Shown here: in pieces, positions 8,424 to 18,512 of the stretch
How positions within the stretch are numbered: position 1 is the stretch's first letter
Layout of the letters: each line of letters opens with the position of its first letter
Source: Gammaproteobacteria bacterium
Lineage (GTDB): Bacteria > Pseudomonadota > Gammaproteobacteria > SZUA-229
Length of the DNA stretch: 56,302 nt
Direction: 5' to 3'
Assembly (NCBI GenBank): GCA_030595185.1
Contig: JAUVDT010000003.1
Location: forward strand, 1-56,302
Program-made: the position numbers and the translations under genes
The notes under the pieces: generated by a model
What the model was told of the DNA's origin: nothing
What the model saw: the letters and a program-made list of their open reading frames with translations, nothing else
Databases searched by the model: none

Positions 8424-10859
8424 TTAACCAATCACTTTCATTGGAGTGAACTCATGAGACTCACCACCTTGTGCGCGTTCTGCCCATGGATCATCCTGCA
8501 TGAATGTCTGGCCGTATCTGAATCGATCTGCTAGTTCTTTACGTTTTTCAGCATCTTCAACAATTGCTTCTTTAACGTAGTTCAAACCAACACGTTCAAT
8601 CCACGGTGCCGTACGTTCAAGATAATAGGCATCTTCGCGATATAGTTGCATGTAAGCTGCGCTGTATTCCAGTACGTCCTCTTCCGTTTCAACATTGCAA
8701 AGGAAGTCAGTTGCACGAACTTTGATGCCGCCATTACCACCAACGTGTAATTCGTAACCTGAATCGACACATACAACGCCGTAATCTTTAATCGTTGCTT
8801 CGGCACAGTTACGAGGGCAACCAGAAGCCGCCATCTTAAATTTATGCGGCATCCATGAGCCCCAGCTTAATTGCTCAAGCTTGATACCAATACCAGTTGA
8901 ATCTTGCGTACCAAAACGACACCAATCACGACCCACACAAGTTTTAACCGTACGTAATGCTTTACCGTATGCGTGACCAGAAACCATGCCGGCATCATTA
9001 AAGTCTTTCCAAATTGCTGGTAAGTCTTCTTTCTTCACGCCGTATAAACCAATACGCTGACCACCTGTTACGTGAACCGTATCGAGGTTATATTTTTCAG
9101 CCGCATCTGCAACTGCGCGTAATTCTTTAGGCGTAGTCATGCCACCCCACATACGCGGAATAACTGAGTAAGTACCGTCGCCTTGAATATTTGCGTGAGC
9201 ACGTTCGTTGATTAAACGTGATTGGTTATCATCAACGCCTGCATCTGGGTGCTTGCAAACTAAGTAATAGTTAAGAGCTGGACGACATTTACTGCAACCA
9301 TCTTCCGTCTTCCACGCCATTGAATCCATTACTTCACGAACAGATTTTAATTCGCCAGTATTGATTGCGGCTCTAACATCAGTGTGTGATTTATCGGTAC
9401 AACCACACATTGGTTTCAAATGTGGAGCCGTTGAGTGATCGCCACCCAAAACGTGAGACATCAATGACTCAACTAAGCCAGTACATGAACCACAAGAGCT
9501 AGATGCTTTTGTGTGTGCACGAACTTCGTCTAAGGTGAATAATTTTTTATCGTTAATCGCAATAACAATGTCACCTTTAGTAACACCATTACAACCACAA
9601 ATTTCAGCAGAGTCTGCCATTGATGCAACGCGATTATCATCACCGTGACCTGAATCACCAAGATGCGCCTGACCAAATAATAAGTTTTCGCGGAACTCAG
9701 AAATATCGGTACCGTCACGCATTAGATCGAAGTACCAACTACCATCAATCGTATCGCCGTACATAACCGCGCCTTCAATCTTGTTATTTTTAACAACAAT
9801 CTTGCGGTATACGCCACGCGCTTTATCCTGAAAAACTAATTCGTCAGTTGTTTCGTCACCCGTGAAATCACCAGCAGAAAACAAATCGATACCCGTTACT
9901 TTTAACTTAGTCGATGTCATTGTGCCTTCGTAACGGCCAATGCCCATTTTCGCTAAATGATTCGCACAGACTTTTGCCATATCAAATAATGGCGCCACTA
10001 AACCATAAACTTCACCACGATGCTGCACACACTCACCAACAGAATAAATACTTGGATCGTAAGTTTGCAAAGTATCGTTAACAACAATACCGCGTTCGCA
10101 ATGAATGCCTGATTCTTTAGCCAATTTAATATTTGGTTTGATACCAACCGCCATAACAACTAGGTCAGCATAAATTTCTGAACCGTCTTTAAAACGAACT
10201 TTTTCGACTCTATCTTTACCGATAATCGATTCAGTTGAAGCTTCCATTAAGAAGTGCAAACCACGCTCTTCTAAAGACTCTTTCAACATTGCTGCTGCAG
10301 GAGCGTCCATTTGACGTTCCATTAATTTATCCATCAAGTGAACAACGGTAACGCTCATACCCTGTTCCATTAAACCGTTAGCTGCTTCAAGACCTAACAA
10401 ACCACCACCAATAACAACGGCGTGTTTATGTTTGCCAGCCGCGGCAATCATCGTATCGACATCTTTAATATCACGGAAAGCAATAACGCCTTCAAGATCA
10501 TTACCAGGAACAGGAATAATGAATGCATCAGAACCTGTCGCAACTAATAAGCGATCATAAGATTCTTCAGTGCCGTCATCGGCAATAACTTTTTTATTAA
10601 CGCGATCAATCGAAGTAACTTCTTTACCACTGTGTAACGTCACATCGTTATCTTTATACCACTGCATATCATTAATCATGATTTCTTCAATGGTCTTATC
10701 ACCCGCTAAAACAGGCGACAACATAATGCGGTTATAGTTACCGTAAGGCTCAGCACCGAAAACGGTAATGTCATACATATCCGCATCAATCTTCAATAAC
10801 TCTTCAACGGTACGCATACCCGCCATACCATTACCGATAACAACTAGTTTTTCTTTCAT
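8424..10859 (-). CDS. nirB: Nitrite reductase (NADH) large subunit
   Basis: VVIGNGMAG FAD motif, YNRIMLS, GGGLLGLE, two BFD-like Cys groups, TCVGRDWCRFG and SGCPRNCAE siroheme/4Fe-4S ligands. Confidence 0.96.
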   Translation of the reverse strand: MKEKLVVIGNGMAGMRTVEELLKIDADMYDITVFGAEPYGNYNRIMLSPVLAGDKTIEEIMINDMQWYKDNDVTLHSGKEVTSIDRVNKKVIADDGTEESYDRLLVATGSDAFIIPVPGNDLEGVIAFRDIKDVDTMIAAAGKHKHAVVIGGGLLGLEAANGLMEQGMSVTVVHLMDKLMERQMDAPAAAMLKESLEERGLHFLMEASTESIIGKDRVEKVRFKDGSEIYADLVVMAVGIKPNIKLAKESGIHCERGIVVNDTLQTYDPSIYSVGECVQHRGEVYGLVAPLFDMAKVCANHLAKMGIGRYEGTMTSTKLKVTGIDLFSAGDFTGDETTDELVFQDKARGVYRKIVVKNNKIEGAVMYGDTIDGSWYFDLMRDGTDISEFRENLLFGQAHLGDSGHGDDNRVASMADSAEICGCNGVTKGDIVIAINDKKLFTLDEVRAHTKASSSCGSCTGLVESLMSHVLGGDHSTAPHLKPMCGCTDKSHTDVRAAINTGELKSVREVMDSMAWKTEDGCSKCRPALNYYLVCKHPDAGVDDNQSRLINERAHANIQGDGTYSVIPRMWGGMTTPKELRAVADAAEKYNLDTVHVTGGQRIGLYGVKKEDLPAIWKDFNDAGMVSGHAYGKALRTVKTCVGRDWCRFGTQDSTGIGIKLEQLSWGSWMPHKFKMAASGCPRNCAEATIKDYGVVCVDSGYELHVGGNGGIKVRATDFLCNVETEEDVLEYSAAYMQLYREDAYYLERTAPWIERVGLNYVKEAIVEDAEKRKELADRFRYGQTFMQDDPWAERAQGGESHEFTPMKVIG

Positions 10860-10908
10860 TCTCGTACTCCAAGTAACAAGCAGCTTTTATTCATATTACT
10901 GATGGAAT

Positions 10909-10924
10909 AGCAACAACCGTGCCA
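10909..10924 (-). promoter_or_regulatory. sigma54 (-24/-12) promoter of the nirB operon
   Basis: Minus strand reads TGGCAC-GGTTG-TTGCT, an exact consensus match, about 50 nt upstream of nirB. Confidence 0.85.
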
Positions 10925-11007
10925 CCATATTAGAGTTAACTAAATAATGCCTTAGATGATTGTTTTTGTTGATAATAATTTTATATACAGGAGCAAAGGA
11001 ATGACAC

Positions 11008-11037
11008 TGCACCACAATGACGCACCAGATTAGTGCG
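11008..11037. promoter_or_regulatory. Tandem NtrC-like enhancer sites
   Basis: tgcaccacaatgacgca (11008-11024) and cgcaccagattagtgcg (11021-11037) resemble TGCACCA-N3-TGGTGCA, about 85-115 bp upstream of the sigma54 site. Confidence 0.7.
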
Positions 11038-11267
11038 CTAAGCACAGTTATTGATCAATATAATTGTGGCTCCATATGAATAGGTATTTCATACCAAATT
11101 ATATAAATGTCACAGATGTATTAAATGTACTTCTGCAATTTGATTTAAAACAAATTCCATTAGTACTTTCGCAAACAAATGACATAAAACTTCTATATTA
11201 GCTTATATGGATATACACAAATATCAGGATTTTTCACAAAAGACATTCCATAACTTAAGAGAAGTAC

Positions 11268-13160
11268 ATGTTAAATTTAAAAGATATCGATATTAGCAAG
11301 AAACTAATGGCTGGCTTTGGCCTTATTGTTTTACTCATCATTATCACTGTTACCATGACTTACAATGGCATCAAAAATACTGGTGACGTTAACGCACGTG
11401 TTATCAATTTACGAATGCCAACCGTACTGGCCTCAACCGAAATGACAAACGGCATCAATCATTCTCTGGCCGCTTTGCGTGGCTGGATGATTTTAGGCAA
11501 AGATAAGTTTAAAAACGATCGCCAGGAAGCATGGAAAGAAATTGATGATGCTTTTAACAAAATGAATCATTTTTCAAAGAATTGGACTAATCCAAAGAAC
11601 ATCACTCGACTCAATGAAATTAAAGAAAGCTTAATTCGCTTTAAAAAAGCACAACAAGAGATTGAAGACATTAGCGGCTCGATAGAAAATACACCTGCTA
11701 CAAAAATATTAATTCAACAAGCAGCACCTCAAGCCAAAATAATCATCACTCAAATTACGAGAATGATCGATATTGAAGCTAAATTATCCGCTACAGCTGA
11801 GCGTAAAGCCTTACTCGGTATGATGGCAGATGTTCGAGGCAGCATGGGTTTATCGTTGGCTAATATTCGTGCCTTTTTATTAACAGGTGATCAAAAGTTT
11901 AACAAAGAGTTTAGTCGCTTTTGGGCAATAAATGATCGTCGTTTTGGCGACTTATATCAGCAACAAAAGCTTTTGAATGCCGATCAGGCAATTGCGCTTA
12001 ATAAATTTAAAGCAGCTCGTGATATTTTTAAAGACCTGCCTCCTCAAATGCTGGACATTCGCGGATCAAAACAATGGAACTTAGCTAATTATTGGTTAGG
12101 CACAAAAGCGGCTCCTGAAGCCCGTATTATTTTAACTGACTTAAATGAAATGGTTGCCAATCAGAACAAGCTAGCGGCGACTGATATCACTGTTGCTAAT
12201 GATGCCTCCGATAACTTAATTGCCTTTACTATCTTACTGGGAATTATCTCTACTATTTTAGCAATTGCCATTACCGTTTACATAGTACGTATGATTTCAA
12301 AACCTCTGCAAGAGATTATCGAAATATCTTTGCCTTTATCTGAGGGTGATTTAACACAACGATTTATTGATTCGGGTGATAATGAAATTGGAAGAATGTC
12401 AGTTTCTTTAAACCATTTTATCGACAAATTAACAACCGTTTTAATTGATGTACAGGAAGCCGTTAGCAACACGTCCGTATCATCCGACCAGGTAAGTAAA
12501 ACAGCGCAAATGTTAAGTCAAAGCGGTGTAGAACAAGCAGCGAGTATTGAAGAAACATCAGCATCGGTTACTCAAATGTCAGCCTCTATTGACCTTAATA
12601 ATGAAAATGCGAGATCAACAAGTGAAATAGCATCATCGACATCAACAGATGCCGAAGAAGGTGGAGAAGCGGTTTCAAAAACAGTGCTCGCAATGAAAGA
12701 TATTGCTTCTAAGATTACATTAATTGAAGACATTGCTTACAAAACTAATCTCCTTGCCTTAAACGCAGCAATCGAAGCGGCGCGTGCAGGTGCTCACGGC
12801 AAAGGCTTTGCTGTGGTTGCAGATGAAGTAAGAAAACTGGCTGAGCGCAGTCAGATTTCAGCTCAGGAGATTAGTGAGCTAGCCAGCGGCAGTGTAAAAG
12901 TAGCTGAAAATGCTGGACACTTATTAGAAAAGATTGTGCCTAATATTAAAAATACATCTGATTTAATCAATGAAATATCATCGGCAACTGAAGAGCAATC
13001 AACAGGCGTTTCACAAATTAATACGGCCATTATTGAGCTAGATAACGTGTCCCAACAAAATGCGGCCGCAGCAGAAGAACTGGCAGCCACCGCAGAAGAA
13101 TTATCCGCTCAAGCATCTTTAATGGAGCAAAATATTGCTTTCTTTAAATTGACAAAATAG
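11268..13160 (+). CDS. Methyl-accepting chemotaxis protein (TM - helical periplasmic sensor - TM - HAMP - MA domain)
   Basis: IAYKTNLLALNAAIEAARAGAHGKGFAVVADEVRKLAERS signature; two TM helices. Confidence 0.95.
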   Translation: MLNLKDIDISKKLMAGFGLIVLLIIITVTMTYNGIKNTGDVNARVINLRMPTVLASTEMTNGINHSLAALRGWMILGKDKFKNDRQEAWKEIDDAFNKMNHFSKNWTNPKNITRLNEIKESLIRFKKAQQEIEDISGSIENTPATKILIQQAAPQAKIIITQITRMIDIEAKLSATAERKALLGMMADVRGSMGLSLANIRAFLLTGDQKFNKEFSRFWAINDRRFGDLYQQQKLLNADQAIALNKFKAARDIFKDLPPQMLDIRGSKQWNLANYWLGTKAAPEARIILTDLNEMVANQNKLAATDITVANDASDNLIAFTILLGIISTILAIAITVYIVRMISKPLQEIIEISLPLSEGDLTQRFIDSGDNEIGRMSVSLNHFIDKLTTVLIDVQEAVSNTSVSSDQVSKTAQMLSQSGVEQAASIEETSASVTQMSASIDLNNENARSTSEIASSTSTDAEEGGEAVSKTVLAMKDIASKITLIEDIAYKTNLLALNAAIEAARAGAHGKGFAVVADEVRKLAERSQISAQEISELASGSVKVAENAGHLLEKIVPNIKNTSDLINEISSATEEQSTGVSQINTAIIELDNVSQQNAAAAEELAATAEELSAQASLMEQNIAFFKLTK

Positions 13161-13181
13161 ACAACATTTAACTAAGCATTG

Positions 13182-13214
13182 AACTCTCTCTTGCCACACA
13201 GTCAGGAGAGAGTT
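13182..13214. terminator. Hairpin after the MCP gene (possible terminator)
   Basis: aactctctc...gagagagtt stem; no clear U-tract. Confidence 0.35.
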
Positions 13215-13329
13215 GCATACCTTACTTATAGCGAAAAACGACTATTCTCTATATTAGATAATTATTCCAAAATTAAGCGTCTATAATTACCCTTAATACC
13301 TCGTTAAAAGGACTTTAGCAAATACCAAT

Positions 13330-14871
13330 ATGAAGCCATTTAAGTCACTATACCCATTAGTTACCCTCGTATGGTTATTTTTAATGCTTATGCTATCCGG
13401 CATAGTTATCAATTCTAATATCAATATAGCAAAAGATGACTTTAACGATAAAACAATCAATCTATTCAACACCGTTAGTGACCAGGTTAAAATAAATGAA
13501 ACCATCGTAGAAGGTTTTGCAGCAACTATTAGTGCAGCCGGCAACCGGAACTGGAAACAAATTCGTGAATATGCAAAACAAATGCTGACACGTTATCCAC
13601 ATATTTTTAATTTTGAAATAACTGAAAAAATAAGACACAAAGATAAAACACGCTTTGAACACCATTTACAAACATCAGTATTTAAAGAATTTAAAATCAG
13701 GCAGTTTACTTACGAAACGAACCGTCAATGGAAAGAGGCAGCAACAAAAGAATTTTACATGCCTATTACTTTTATGGAACCTTTTAGGGCAGGTTCAGAA
13801 AAAATATTAGGCTTAGACGTCAGCTCCAGTTCTTTTTTAATGACTTCGCTAAAAAAAGCAATGACAACTCACGCATCCATTTCAACGATGCCTTTTACTT
13901 TGGTTGAAGGCGACTTAGCATATTTAATTTACAAACCCATTGTGAAATACGGCATTGAAACCACCTCGCATGACCACAGTTACCAGCTAGAGAACAGCTA
14001 TGCAATTTTGGTTATTTTAGCTAAGTCTTTGTTTAAAGAAGCATTAACAAGTAGCCCGGAATACCAAATAAACCTTTTCCATAGCGATTTTTCTGCCGGT
14101 GAAAATAAAGGTACATTATTTAAATCGACGGACACTCAATCAACCTCATTAGAATCACTATTGTTTCCTAAGCTTATTTTTTATCGAAAAATCGACAATA
14201 ACTCCCAGCCATTTATATTAAGCATTGAACACCAGCTAGGCTGGGATGCACTAAACTTATGGTTATTAATCATCATATGGAGCGCAGGATTTATTTCTTT
14301 CTTCGTCATGCTGCATTACGCAAAAGCCCACCATCAACTCAGCCTTCAACGTTTAAAAGAAACCGAAAACCTATTTTATTTAGCCAATCACGATGAATTA
14401 ACTGGCCTGGCAAATCGCAACTTTTTGCTAGATCGTTTAAAACATGCATTGATACAAGCCAAAAGATCCAATACACAACTCGGCATACTCTTTATGGATC
14501 TCAATAATTTCAAACCAATAAATGACAACTATGGTCATGCTGCTGGCGACCAGTTATTACGTGACACGTCAAACCGCATATTGTCCTGTATTCGAACTGG
14601 TGATACGTTATCTCGTCGCAGTGGCGATGAATTTATTCTTATTCTTGAAAACATTCAGGATCAAGCAAGTGTCAAACTTGTTGTTGATAAAATTAAGTTT
14701 GCCTTTGACAAGCCCTTTTCAATAGATAGAAAACAACTCAATATTGGCATCAGTATAGGGACTTCAATTTTCCCAATTGACGCCCAAACAGAAGAGGACC
14801 TTCTAAGTGCAGCGGATAAGAATATGTATTTAGATAAACAATCCAGTAAAAGCCCTTCTAAAAAGGCATGA
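13330..14871 (+). CDS. CHASE-domain sensor diguanylate cyclase (SGDEF variant)
   Basis: YMPITFMEP...ILGLD CHASE-like segment between TMs; HDELTGLANR, DLNNFKPINDNYGH, RRSGDEF. Confidence 0.88.
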   Translation: MKPFKSLYPLVTLVWLFLMLMLSGIVINSNINIAKDDFNDKTINLFNTVSDQVKINETIVEGFAATISAAGNRNWKQIREYAKQMLTRYPHIFNFEITEKIRHKDKTRFEHHLQTSVFKEFKIRQFTYETNRQWKEAATKEFYMPITFMEPFRAGSEKILGLDVSSSSFLMTSLKKAMTTHASISTMPFTLVEGDLAYLIYKPIVKYGIETTSHDHSYQLENSYAILVILAKSLFKEALTSSPEYQINLFHSDFSAGENKGTLFKSTDTQSTSLESLLFPKLIFYRKIDNNSQPFILSIEHQLGWDALNLWLLIIIWSAGFISFFVMLHYAKAHHQLSLQRLKETENLFYLANHDELTGLANRNFLLDRLKHALIQAKRSNTQLGILFMDLNNFKPINDNYGHAAGDQLLRDTSNRILSCIRTGDTLSRRSGDEFILILENIQDQASVKLVVDKIKFAFDKPFSIDRKQLNIGISIGTSIFPIDAQTEEDLLSAADKNMYLDKQSSKSPSKKA

Positions 14872-15022
14872 CATAATCTGACACAGATAACAATATGAGC
14901 CCGATGTATATTAACAAAACCTAATGCACATGTTTTTACATTTATATCACATTATTTTTGTTGCAAAAGGGTCTTTTTACAACTAAATAATATGTGATAG
15001 TTAATTAAGGTACATTTAAAGT

Positions 15023-17359
15023 ATGCCTTCTACTTTTAAAATTTCCAACCTTGTTCTTATATGTTTTTTACTCTACTGGCCTATTGCAAATGCGCGGCAT
15101 TCTGTCGACCCAATCGACGTATTATCCATTCATTCATACCATCAGGAATACGAATGGACGTCCTCACAATATCAATCATTCAAGAACCAACTAGAAAATA
15201 GCTTATCCGAATATACGATTAATCATTCAACTGAATATTTGGATACAAAAAGAATTTTACCATCGGATAAATATAGAAAAAGTTTTCTATCTTACATAAA
15301 AGAAAAATACGGCCCACATATTCCAAACCTTATTTATGTCACTGATGACAATGCTCTCAATTTTGTCCATTCAACAGCTAGCCTATTAGGCTGGGATGTC
15401 CCAATTGTTTTCTCGGGAATAAATAACACCAATATCTATAACCCGCATGACAGCCATATTTTAGCCGGTGTTTTTGAATACAAAGATTTAGACTCCTCTA
15501 TCAAGCTCGCTAAGAAACTCAACAATGGAGCAACAAACATCATTTTCTTAGGTGATGGAGGAACAACAGATCTTGCTATTGACAAGATCATCAATAAAGA
15601 AAGAGACATTGATGACAATATTAATATTATCCACATCAGTTCCCCTAATTTAGATACCTTAATTAATTCATTAAGTTCATCGGGTAGCGGCACTATTATT
15701 TTAACAAGCATTGGTGGAATAAGAAATAAAGACAATATTCTACTCAACTTAAAAACCACAATACAGGCCATTGTAAATACGGGTAGAAAAGTACTTGCGA
15801 TGGAAGACACATACCTGTTCCCCGGTGTACTCGGTGGATATATTAATAGCGGCAAGATTCATGGCACTGTTGCAGCGAAAATTTCTAGCAACATTATACG
15901 CCATAAAAAAAATGGCTATGACACCATTCAAGGACCAAGTGAATTTGTGCTTAATTATGCGGATGTAATTCGTTTCAATATTGATTTATTGGAAGCACCG
16001 TTTAATAGCGCAAAAATACTGAATGCACCTCAATCACTTTTCGATACATATCCTAAGCTCATCAAAGCGTTATTATGGTCGATATCCATTCTTGCTTTTC
16101 TTTTGCTTGCCTTTATTTTCAAAAGTTCAAGAAAAAGTCGTTTATTGAAAAAGCAATACACCGATACACTCACAGGGCTGCCTAATAGAATTAGATTACT
16201 CTACGATATTAAACGCGCTGTAACACCTAGCCTTATTATCATTGATATTAATAACTTCAAATCCATCAACAATCTATATGGCTTAGAAATTGGTGATGAA
16301 CTACTAAAGAGTTTTGGAGAAAAAGTATCTTCTTATATCGATGACAAATACCCTATATACAGAATAGGAGGAAACCAGTTTGCCATTCTTAATAAAAACT
16401 GCAATATAGAATCAAATCCTGATGAATATATTAGCAACTTACTTAAAAATATTAAAAACAAAAGCTACCACATCGGTAACATTGATATTAATTTAACTCT
16501 GACGGCAGGCATGAGTCGACTTGAGCACAGGTTCTTACTTCCGAGAGCAGAACAAGCATTACAAAAAGCAAAAGAGACGAATAAAGATTATTGCATAAAC
16601 GATAAAAACAATGACAATACAGATCAATATCAAAAGAACCTACTCTGGGCACAAAAGCTTAATGATGCTTTAATAGATGACAGAATAGTTCCTTATTTTC
16701 AGTTAATTTCACATAATAGAACAGGGGAAAGAAAAAAATACGAAGCGCTTGTACGATTAATTTCTGAAGATGGCCAGGTCATTCCACCTTCTTACTTTCT
16801 TAATGCGGCTAAGAGCACACGCCAGTACTCCTCATTAACAAGAATTATGATTGATAAAACACTTCAGGCAATTACTGAATACGACGTTAGTATTTCAATC
16901 AATTTCACTGTTGATGATATAAAGAACAGTGAGACCATCCAATACTTTAAAGATAAATTAAAAGAATTTAATGTTGCTGATAAAGTAATAGTAGAACTCA
17001 CCGAAAGTGAAGGTATCGATAGTTATTCAGAAATAGCGGCATTTACTACTGAAATTAAGAAACTGGGATGTAAAATTGCAATTGATGATTTCGGCACTGG
17101 ATATTCAAATTTCACCCACCTTATTCACTTAAATGTAGACTTTTTAAAAATAGATGGCTCAATTATTAAAAATATAGTGAAAGATAAAAATTCAGAGATT
17201 GTCGCTAAAGCTTTAGTACAGTTTTCCAACCGACTAGGTATTGAAACCATTGCTGAATTTGTGGATTCACAAGAAGTTTTAGATAAAGTTACTGAAATTG
17301 GTATTGATTATTCTCAAGGCTATTTCTTAGGTCAGCCCTCTGAAAAAATAATCAACTAG
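15023..17359 (+). CDS. Periplasmic binding-protein-like sensor + degenerate GGDEF + EAL (probable c-di-GMP phosphodiesterase)
   Basis: Signal peptide, IHSYHQEYEWT/EYLDTKR/PIVFSGIN sensor, GGNQF (degenerate), YEALVRL, DDFGTGYSN, AEFV. Confidence 0.88.
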   Translation: MPSTFKISNLVLICFLLYWPIANARHSVDPIDVLSIHSYHQEYEWTSSQYQSFKNQLENSLSEYTINHSTEYLDTKRILPSDKYRKSFLSYIKEKYGPHIPNLIYVTDDNALNFVHSTASLLGWDVPIVFSGINNTNIYNPHDSHILAGVFEYKDLDSSIKLAKKLNNGATNIIFLGDGGTTDLAIDKIINKERDIDDNINIIHISSPNLDTLINSLSSSGSGTIILTSIGGIRNKDNILLNLKTTIQAIVNTGRKVLAMEDTYLFPGVLGGYINSGKIHGTVAAKISSNIIRHKKNGYDTIQGPSEFVLNYADVIRFNIDLLEAPFNSAKILNAPQSLFDTYPKLIKALLWSISILAFLLLAFIFKSSRKSRLLKKQYTDTLTGLPNRIRLLYDIKRAVTPSLIIIDINNFKSINNLYGLEIGDELLKSFGEKVSSYIDDKYPIYRIGGNQFAILNKNCNIESNPDEYISNLLKNIKNKSYHIGNIDINLTLTAGMSRLEHRFLLPRAEQALQKAKETNKDYCINDKNNDNTDQYQKNLLWAQKLNDALIDDRIVPYFQLISHNRTGERKKYEALVRLISEDGQVIPPSYFLNAAKSTRQYSSLTRIMIDKTLQAITEYDVSISINFTVDDIKNSETIQYFKDKLKEFNVADKVIVELTESEGIDSYSEIAAFTTEIKKLGCKIAIDDFGTGYSNFTHLIHLNVDFLKIDGSIIKNIVKDKNSEIVAKALVQFSNRLGIETIAEFVDSQEVLDKVTEIGIDYSQGYFLGQPSEKIIN

Positions 17360-17496
17360 ACACAGAGCATCATTATTGAGTATCTCAATTAAAATCACCA
17401 AATTTATATCAAGTTATACTAATAAACGACTCAAAATCCATTATAATTGTCGTTAGCACTTTCGTTCCAAATTCCATTATCGCTTTTGAGATTAAT

Positions 17497-17799
17497 ATGA
17501 AAAAAACCTTTAAATTGACCCATGAAAAACTCAATCAAGACCGTCATATTGATGCGACTCGACATGAAATCAGAAAATACATCAAAAGAGAGCGTAAAAG
17601 AACGTTACCTGAAGGTGCCGATTATTGGGATTTTGACTGCCGCTTTGGCGCTGATGCGGGCATTAGTGATGAAATTCACTTATCTGAAATCGATAAATGC
17701 ATTAATGCTGCCATTGAAGATGAGTTCCCATCCTTCTATTTAGAGATTATTGCCAAGCCTGGTACTCGTGTAAAGAGAGAACCAGAAGACGACGATTAA
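17497..17799 (+). CDS. Conserved small hypothetical protein (DUF6172-like)
   Basis: RKYIKRERKRTLPEGADYWDFDCRFG motif recognised from memory. Confidence 0.7.
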   Translation: MKKTFKLTHEKLNQDRHIDATRHEIRKYIKRERKRTLPEGADYWDFDCRFGADAGISDEIHLSEIDKCINAAIEDEFPSFYLEIIAKPGTRVKREPEDDD

Positions 17800-17960
17800 C
17801 CTCAAGGCCAACCCCACTATGCTGTTTAAACATAGCGGGGATAAGAGGCTTTCTTATACTCTATGACTCATAGCATAAAAATACTTAAGTCGCCAAACCC
17901 CTCATCTCTTGTGCCGATAACTGCTTTACATTTATAGTCTTTACAAAGGATTAGCTCTAA

Positions 17961-18281
17961 ATGAAATTGATATATAAAGCAGGAGATATTATTGAAGCAC
18001 ATATTATTGCAGGCTTATTAGACGCTGAAGGCATTGAGTCACATGTTAGTGGACACTATTTACAAGGTGGTATTGGTGAACTGGCTCCTACCGGTTTTTC
18101 AAACATACACGTTGATGATAAGGATATAGATAAAGCTAAAATCATAATTGCAGAATACGAAAACAAGTTAAATAGACTCCCTGTTACCGACGAAGCTAAA
18201 AACCCGGTTATTCTTACAAAAATTGTCGTGATCAGTCTTTTCGCTTTCTTTATCTTCTATATTTATATTCTCACCCGATAG
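17961..18281 (+). CDS. DUF2007/putative signal-transducing protein with C-terminal TM
   Basis: IYKAGDIIEAHIIAGLLDAEGIES...LQGGIGEL motif. Confidence 0.75.
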   Translation: MKLIYKAGDIIEAHIIAGLLDAEGIESHVSGHYLQGGIGELAPTGFSNIHVDDKDIDKAKIIIAEYENKLNRLPVTDEAKNPVILTKIVVISLFAFFIFYIYILTR

Positions 18282-18386
18282 ATCTATAAAACCCTATCAC
18301 CCTCGCTAGTCCCTGTTTCATAGACGCTATTAGAAACAGAGCCGTCTCTAACAACTCTAATGAAAGTCCATTAACAGTGCAATTTA

Positions 18387-18470
18387 CGCCCCTTCTTAGT
18401 GCATTGAAACAAATTAATCTCAAAGAACTCAATAAATTCAACAGGTTATCTCTTTGGCATGATTGCTGCT
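18387..18470 (+). promoter_or_regulatory. NtrC-like site, IHF-like site and sigma54 promoter of the nitrate transporter gene
   Basis: cgccccttcttagtgca (18387-18403); attcaacaggtta (one mismatch to WATCAANNNNTTR); TGGCAT-GATTG-CTGCT (18455-18470). Confidence 0.7.
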
Positions 18471-18512
18471 ATATAAGCTTTTAATGAATCACCAGCTGCG
18501 GAGCAGAACCCA

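Noticed and set aside
17812-17840. Hairpin ccccactatg...catagcgggg as a Rho-independent terminator
   Set aside because: No U-tract on the coding strand; function unsupported
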